A stretch of DNA of 60,115 nucleotides, the filler included, from Dugesia japonica (Eukaryota): assembly GCA_001938525.1 (NCBI GenBank). It is 6 parts of 6 records of this genome, joined end to end, with 100 filler letters (N's around TTAATTAATTAA, not from the genome) between each part and the next. Parts side by side here need not be neighbours in the genome. Positions count along the whole stretch, not along the records: positions 51,316 to 60,115 come from MQRL01536308.1; 5 more parts are not named here. One strand, given 5' to 3'. Each line of letters begins with the position of its first letter. The stretch's first letter is position 1. A program made the translations under genes and the position numbers. Positions 52,751 to 60,115 of the stretch are shown here, piece by piece. The notes beneath the pieces are model-generated. The model was not told the origin of the DNA, ran no database searches, and was given only the letters and a program-made list of their open reading frames with translations.

Positions 52751-55700
52751 ATTGATGAGGAGAGTCGATATCCGATTAGATCCAGACAACAAATAATGAT
52801 GATGAACACGAAAACCAGCAAAACTAAAAGTAATATGGCTGAAATTCAAGAGGAGGAAAGTGTTAAACAAGAAGAGCGGTGTATATTTTGTAAGGCGACA
52901 AAACCAGATTCGGTACCATTAAACAAAGAGCTAATAGGAAAATCATGTTATCATTGCTTGTGAGGTATGTGTGATGATGTAGCAGAGTTAGTGGAGAATT
53001 TGAGTCGCGAATCTTCCCAGGAGGGAAGAGAAAAGTTTATCATGAACAAATTATCATGCGAATTATGTGGTCAGACATCAGTAAAATTACCAAGTGTCAC
53101 AAGTGAATACCAACAGTGGTGCTGAAGTTGTTTGAGCTTCGCACAAAGAATTTCTACGACAGAGATTAGGTGTATACATAAACACATGCAAGGGTTGACA
53201 GCCGCAAATCCTATTCAACAGAATATAGAACCAGCGTTGAATGAGATTGTGCAACAATATGAGGTAGATAATAATTTGGATATCTTTGAGAATGGCAGTG
53301 CCATGATGAGACAATATTACTCGTCTATAACGGAAGGAGTGACTCAAGGGAGTCGAACATGTAGTAATTCACAATGCGGACAGTCCGTCGAGAGAGGATG
53401 TCGCTTGAGTAATCTGGAAAAGCAGATATACGAGCCGTGTCTGTTGGTGATTCAAATAGTTACCAGAAAAAAGCAAGATCGGTGGATCTTAAACAGGAGC
53501 ATTAACGCTGAGAAAAACCTCAGGACTGTGGACGTCAAATCGAGTACTTTTAATTTGGAGAAGTTAGTCGTGCGATGCAAAATATGTTACAGTATCAGTC
53601 CTGTTGCAGTACCCTTGGATAAGATGCTCATGAGTAAAGCATGTTTCCAATGTTTACAATCGACTTATGACAACTTAACGTTGATGGAGAAGGGTGTCAG
53701 TCGAGAGTCAAAACGAGCGGATAGAGAGGGACGCAAGGATCCCCCATGTGAGCAGTGTAATGCAATATCGTGCAATATAAAAATAGACGCAGGACTATTC
53801 AAATAGTGGTGTAATCACTGTTTACGAAAGGTTAAAGAAATTATTAACCTTGAATTGGAGTGTGTACATGTACATAGGAGAGGATCGACAGCAGCCAACC
53901 CCATTAGGCAGTACATAGAATTAACTCATGAGGAAATTCTACAAAAATTTCAATTAAATGATCAATTAAATATTTATGAAAATAGACGAGATATGCTTAA
54001 TCAATATTATTCTTCAGTGACAGACGACTGGAAGAAAGGGAATCGAAAATGCGACAATCCGAGATGCGGAAGATATAACCTCAAAGGATTTATTCCCCAA
54101 AGCGGATGGAGACCATTATGCCAACCATGTCTGAGCGGTGTTCAGATAGTTACGACGAAGAATCAGGAGTATTGGATCTACAAGAATCAGCCGACATTTA
54201 AGGAAAACGACGAGATCGAACCAACAGTATGCGATAAATGTAGAGCATGGAGGCCTACCAGATGCCTAATCATTGTGACGGATATCATGAAGTTATGTAA
54301 ACAATGTTACCAAAGTGCGAAAAGTAGTGTTAAACGATCATTATTACAAGTCAAACGCAGAGGCCAATAGTTATTGGAAACGGGAGTGTGAGATAGTGCA
54401 GGTTGTGTCAGTTGTGTGAATGAAAAAGTCCAAGTGAAGTTGCCAGTACTGGAAACGGTATACAAAGAATTGTGTTTGGAATGCGCAATCGATATGCGTG
54501 GTCAATTGCAAGATGCAAAAAATGTGTTACATGGGGCCAAAAAACAGTTAAAGCTAAGCCAAACCACGCCAGTTAAAGGAGAACCTTTGACATCAATAGT
54601 ACGGAAGGAACGGTGGAGTGGGACTAAGAGTCAGATGCGAGGGATCGACGAGGACGTCGATTTTTTAAACAGGGGGAGTGATTGGTCTGAATTGTTGTTC
54701 AATGAGCGAATACGACGAATACACGAAGAATTAATTGATAAAAAACAAATAATGAAAGAGATGAGAGAGAGCAATAGTACATACTATGCTTTAAAGAAAC
54801 AGAACTTCCAATTAACGATATCAGAGGAGGATAAACGAACAATAAAAAATACGTGGGAAGCCTACAGCAAGCGCCAAGAAGAATACGAAGGACAAATAAA
54901 TAAAGAGGAATATAAAGCAGCGCAAGCCAAGCGGATGGCAGAGACGCAACAATTTATAAAAGAAAATGAAGGGCGAGGAAACCCTGATGTGGAACAATTA
55001 AAAAATGCGGTACAGTGGGTACAAACATTCGAACAAGTGGTGGAGAAATTAGAAAAAGATAAACAAGAGATTCAACAAAAAGCGGAGAAGCAACAAGAAN
55101 NNNNNNNNNNNNNNNNNNNNNNNNNNNNNNNNNNNNNNNNNNNNNNNNNGGAGAAATTAGAAAAAGATAAACAAGAGATTCAACAAAAAGCGGAGAAGCA
55201 ACAAGAAACGTTGGAGAGATTAAATAAAAAGAAAGCCCAAATGATAGAATCTCGTTCATGTCTGACGCAGAAACTAAATGTAATACAGAAAAACAACAAT
55301 GAACTGAAAAATTGGCCTAGTACATCGAACAAAAGTGAAAATCGTAGAAAGAGGGATAGAAAGAATAAAAATAAAAAATGGCAAGTTCGAAGCGCTACTA
55401 TGGAAATTGTGTATTCTTATTCAGATAACGATAATAGTGAAAAGGGTCACGATGCGCCAGAGGAAGTAATAAAAAGTGAATTTAGTGGACAACCGCCGCC
55501 GGCGGATGATGATGAGTCAACCAACTTCAGTAAATTAAAGGACGATTTATGGCACCAGTTGTTGACAAAGCGAGTAAAGTGCGAAGCAGAGAATAGTCAG
55601 AGAATCAAAACGGAAGGGGACGAAATATTTACTGCAGAAGCAATAGAAATGATACGAGCACACCAGGTAGGTGAAGAGGACATGCCAGCAGCAGTACTAG

Positions 55701-56962
55701 GAAAAGTTGAAGCTTATGGAGAAAGGTGTTACCAAAGATGGGTCCAAGAAAACAAGGAGGAGAGGAAGTCCAAAGGGCCGTTAGTAAATAAAGAGGAACA
55801 AAAATTTAAAGAAAAAGGAAAACCTGAAGAACCAGAACATAAAAATGAGACGAAGCCCGAAAAACAACCAATGGCGGAAGCGGAGCGAAAATTAAAGGAG
55901 GAAAACAAGGGAATAGAAACTGCAATACTATTAACGGTAGAAACAGTATTATGTCGTAAAAAGGATTTACCGAAAGATGAAGAGTTGGAGATGCAAGCAT
56001 ATTATCAATGTATAAGACGCAAATGGTGCGCTGATCGGCCAGGAGAAAAGGTCCCCACCATAAGAGATGGAGATAAGATGACGAGATGCCCGACAGATCA
56101 AGAATTTCATGTGTATCATGAACAGGAATATAAAAGAGAGTATGGTGAGTTACACAGCAAACTAGAGGAATATTTAAAAATTGAGGAATCGTACAACGNN
56201 NNNNNNNNNNNNNNNNNNNNNNNNNNNNNNNNNNNNNNNNNNNNNNNNAAAAGAGAGTATGGTGAGTTACACAGCAAACTAGAGGAATATTTAAAAATTG
56301 AGGAATCGTACAACGGAAAATCGCTTACCAAACAAGAGTGCGAAGAACGATTAAGAAGAAGTGAAGATATGGTTATCGAGTATCAGAGAAAAGCAGAAAT
56401 CTATCCACATCCAATGTTATTAGAGGAAAGTAAAGCGATGGAAAAATTATACCGTAAAGCACTAGACCGGAGAGCAAAACAAGAACAAAAACGGGATTTG
56501 AGCAAGCACCAAGGTCAAGTGGAGATGTTGAAAAGAGTACGGAGCAAACAAGTGGAAAAAAGGGATGGATTCATGAAACCAGAAACGGAAACGAAAACGT
56601 TAAAGGAAGCAGAAACGTTGAACTTTTGTGGGATTCTTGAGAGAGACACAAAAGATAATGAACAAGTCGAGGACAAGATAGTAGTAATTGGAATGATAGA
56701 CCTCAAGGGTAATGTCCTGTTTGAGATGCCTTTTACACCTGAGCTAATGGAAGAGATAAGAGCAGCTCAAGATAAACAAAAAACGCAGAAGTTTGAACCG
56801 GTAAGGTACGAGTGTGTGCTGAAAAGTAACGGGCAAGTAATAGAACAAGAAATTAACTTAATAAAGGATTAAGCAACAATTAAAGAACCGAGTCCAGGAA
56901 CTCCATTACCAGAACTACCCACGGTTGAAAATGATACGTCAGAAGGAAATTATGTATACGCG
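52751..56962 (+). pseudogene. In-frame post-integrase extension: ~2.5 tandem Cys-rich modules, then a long charged/coiled-coil region
   Basis: ORFs 51530, 52067, 53132, 53855, 54416 and 56963 all lie in one frame, separated only by isolated stops. TAANPI..QYYSS..C....CG..PCL..QIVT..WI recurs about 240 codons apart. Confidence 0.8.
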
Positions 56963-58935
56963 ATGACTAAATCCGAATCACAGGATCACATTTACGAAAA
57001 TGAGTCGGGAGATCTAAAGGTGGAAACAAAGCCGTCCGTTCTAAGAAATTTTCGGAAGACAATGTGGGCATGCTTAGCATTGATACCGGTGTCAATAGTT
57101 ATTTTTTTATTAGTAACGCTAACGGCGGTAGCATGGCCAACAACGGTACAAATGACAAATTTGTATGAGTTTAACGAGTCAACCACGATGTCTAGTGGGG
57201 CAAATAGACAAACCAAGCTAATGAGTAAATGGATATATGTCCTAATGGCGTTGGTTGCATACGAAGTGATAGGACTGGAGCGAGATTGGCCAACCAGACC
57301 AACCATTGTCGTAAGTCAGACGACTAATGATAATCGGAAACTGTTAATGATAATAACAGTAATAATGGCGTTAGCATTTGCAGTGACAATCGTAATCTTA
57401 GTAATGACAGTGAATAGACAAGCGCAACTACAGCTTGAATTTCAGCCTGACTTCGAGATTCAGAGGAACGGGAGCCCATTAACAATTCAATGGAACAAGT
57501 GGATGTATATAGTATTATTACTAATTGGGTTCAAAGTGTTAAGTGGAGAAGAGTGTACTGATTATGAGGATATTCATACGGAACATCGAATCTATATGAC
57601 TTACTATAAAACTTGGGAAACACACGACCTCTAGAATCATTGATAAAAACAAAACATCAATCGATTAAAGTGGATCTCTATAGATTCGCTTGGTCGCTAG
57701 ATATCAAGATCAAAGGTAGTAAGAAAGAGCAAGTTCGAATTGTCCTATACAACCATGAAACGTGGGGTGTTGTGGGGGATGAAGACATAATTCTTGCCTA
57801 CAACCAGAACTCGGGATTGTTCGAAGCCAACAGAGAGTGTAGTTTTTATTACTACCACTATATTCAGGTATTCTATTCTACGCGTGCCTGGTATGAGCCA
57901 GTTTGGCTCAGCTTCCGAGACAAATGTCGGAAGAAACAAGCGGGGTATATCTCGCAAGTCTGGAGAATTGAACCACGAGGAGTAACGGGAATTCAATGGA
58001 ATTAGTTTCCATTAGGTATTTGGAGACAGCATGCCGTCTTCCGAAGAGGAGAGTGGCCTATGATCGACGTGAAAATGAGTATAGTAGATAAAGAGAATCC
58101 AAGGACACCCCAAGATGCAGAAGTTACGTTCCAAGTAGCGCGTAGAAAATAATGGTTGTTTCGGATTAAGCAATATCGATCTTTAACATATTGGACGCAA
58201 GACGGGATGTTACAAGAGTATAAATGGAAACGTAATCAAAGCGAAATGATAATGAAACTTAATCGAAAAAATGGAGAGTGGTTAGAATTAGAATATATAT
58301 TAATTGACGAGGCATCCCAGGACAACAAGGCATTAACTGCCAAACCGACGACGAAAGGGAGGACAAAAACAAAAACTTCCTTAAAAACAACAGCGGCTAG
58401 GTCATCAACTGAGAGGTCGACAACCAGGGTGTATCCAAAGACGACAACGCCGGCGACAAAAACTATCATGAAGAGAAACACGAGAGAAACCAGTGTACGA
58501 AGCAAAAGGAGAAACCATGCGATAACGAGGTATGTGAAGACGATAACTGATAGTGAATCAACAAAGAAGCCATCGAATATTTTAAATAAACAACATTTTA
58601 ATGAAAAATTAATGAAAGAGTTGGTAAGGACCGGTTCACGAAGGACATTTCCGGCAAAGGCTAGGTTGAAGCATGAGGCANNNNNNNNNNNNNNNNNNNN
58701 NNNNNNNNNNNNNNNNNNNNNNNNNNNNNNNNNNNNNNNNNNNGCGGGCGTCATTACGATAATCATGATGACGATTATAACGATATTAATTTGTAAAGCG
58801 AAAAGAGGGCAGTATCCTAGACTGCGTTTAGAACCAGAATTAAGAGAGTTGACAGCGAAATATTTCCACCCGCTAAGAGTGTTGGTGTGGTCGAGAGTTC
58901 CTGAGGGAGGAACTGAGTCGTTGTGGAGTTATTGA
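56963..58935 (+). pseudogene. Membrane-protein end of the polyprotein: TM/signal repeats and Env-like type I membrane protein
   Basis: Four hydrophobic segments in 56963..57634, a frameshift near 57620, an aromatic-rich ectodomain, a Thr-rich stalk, RSKRR, TM AGVITIIMMTIITILIC and tail KAKRGQYPRL. Confidence 0.65.
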
Positions 58936-59123
58936 GGAGATTAGGGAGAGCAAAGTTGTAAATAAAGGTACAAAATTTAGTTTTGAAGTGGCTCGAAATG
59001 TAAAGTAGGGCATAGTTAAGTAAATTGAAATTAAAGTACCGTATAATTGAATAAATTTGATTTTGGATCACCATAGTGTTATCGTAGTATTTATTTAGTA
59101 AAATAGAACAAAAACAGATAACA

Positions 59124-59618
59124 ATGAGGGGACGGTTAACAGTAAACGTGGATCTAGACGACGTCGACAGAGCAATTACGGAAGAACCAGCACAAACGTA
59201 TACCCAACTGCTTAATCAACCTTTAAACCCTTATTTTACAATGGAAAACTTGTGGGACGAACACTGCCGGAGTGTAATGAGAAATTCAGATGTACTAAAC
59301 GAACAATTACAACAGACACGACAATTAAATGCAACCCTTGTAGAGAATCAAAATTTTCATGTGATGCAGATACACTGATTGAATAAAATATTGGAGAACC
59401 AGAGACGACAGATTACCGAGAATCAGAATTTTTACCTACAAACCTTGAGCGGAACTAACAAAATTTTAGAAGATCTGAGACACCAAGGGGAGGAGTTACA
59501 AGCCTATAATGCAGAGCTTATCCTATCCCAAATTAACCGATTACCAAGCGTATCTACAATCCTGAACACTATCGAGACTAGTGAGAGGATGTGGTATGGA
59601 GAAGAGAGTAACGTATGA
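59124..59618 (+). pseudogene. Separate ~164-codon coiled-coil accessory ORF downstream of the polyprotein (one internal TGA)
   Basis: ORFs 59124..59378 and 59379..59618 are contiguous and in frame; internal repeat ENQNF......NKILE. Confidence 0.6.
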
Positions 59619-60115
59619 CAACGGATGCCAAGATGTACAGTATTGTAAAATATGTGTTAAATAGTAACTGTGTTACTATGCAAAAAAAAAACTTTGTATT
59701 AAAAAAATCAAAAACAGTGCAAGTATCGTATAAGTAGAGTGGCAATAATGTTTATTTAATCAGTGCGTGATCAGAATAATTCCGATGTATATATACAATG
59801 CATGAGTATTTTCGAAAAGTGTGAAGTGTTGATGTAGAGGTGATAATTAGGGAGAAGTCAAAATTAGTATGTAAATGGCCAATGAGGAGTGGCATGTGGT
59901 GTATCCATGAGTGTGATACCCGGTAAATTGTAAATAAATAAAATCAGGATACAGTACAGTAACAGTAGTAAGGAGAACAATATTAAACAATTTGTAAATA
60001 TCAGTCACAATTAAAAATTTGATTAATCAGTAAATTTGTTTTAATCAGTACTCCCAATGTCTTAATGTATAAATATTCCATATTACCTGTATTTTAATTA
60101 AGAGAATGGCATCCA

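Noticed and set aside
55043-56315. Exact tandem repeats in the 818-aa ORF (EKLEKDKQ.., KREYGELH..)
   Set aside because: Both are identical sequences flanking exactly 50 Ns, typical of overlapping contig ends left unmerged.

Overview
Very AT-rich, intron-containing eukaryotic DNA. A triclad planarian-type genome is my inference from composition and TE content. The window is six contigs joined by artificial 100-bp N44-TTAATTAATTAA-N44 linkers, so adjacency across linkers is unproven. Host genes: an intronless PH+SH2 adaptor (SH3BP2-like), five exons of an AK1-type adenylate kinase, and one extended-synaptotagmin SMP exon. Most of the rest is decayed mobile DNA: five mariner pieces, hAT/SPIN-like, MULE and TTAA MITEs, a LINE endonuclease and several ordinary Ty3/Gypsy pol remnants. 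The notable content is three contigs of a giant Ty3/Gypsy-type retroelement family resembling the planarian Burro giants. (i) 8.9-19 kb (-): a 5' LTR, a tRNA-Pro PBS, a ~5.2 kb leader with stem-loop arrays and a putative 4.1 kb intron clamped by a 16-bp inverted repeat, then Gag with three CCHC knuckles and a duplicated unknown domain. (ii) 42-51 kb (-): two >4 kb LTRs inserted in one (AAT)n tract, each encoding the same four small proteins under purifying selection; most of these ORFs follow a splice acceptor and several apparently gain their ATG by splicing. A homolog of one of them sits in the LTR in (i). (iii) 51-60 kb (+): integrase continuing in frame into ~2,000 further codons (tandem Cys-rich modules, coiled coil, repeated TM/signal segments, an Env-like type I membrane protein), followed by a separate coiled-coil ORF. 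All TE copies here carry stops or frameshifts.
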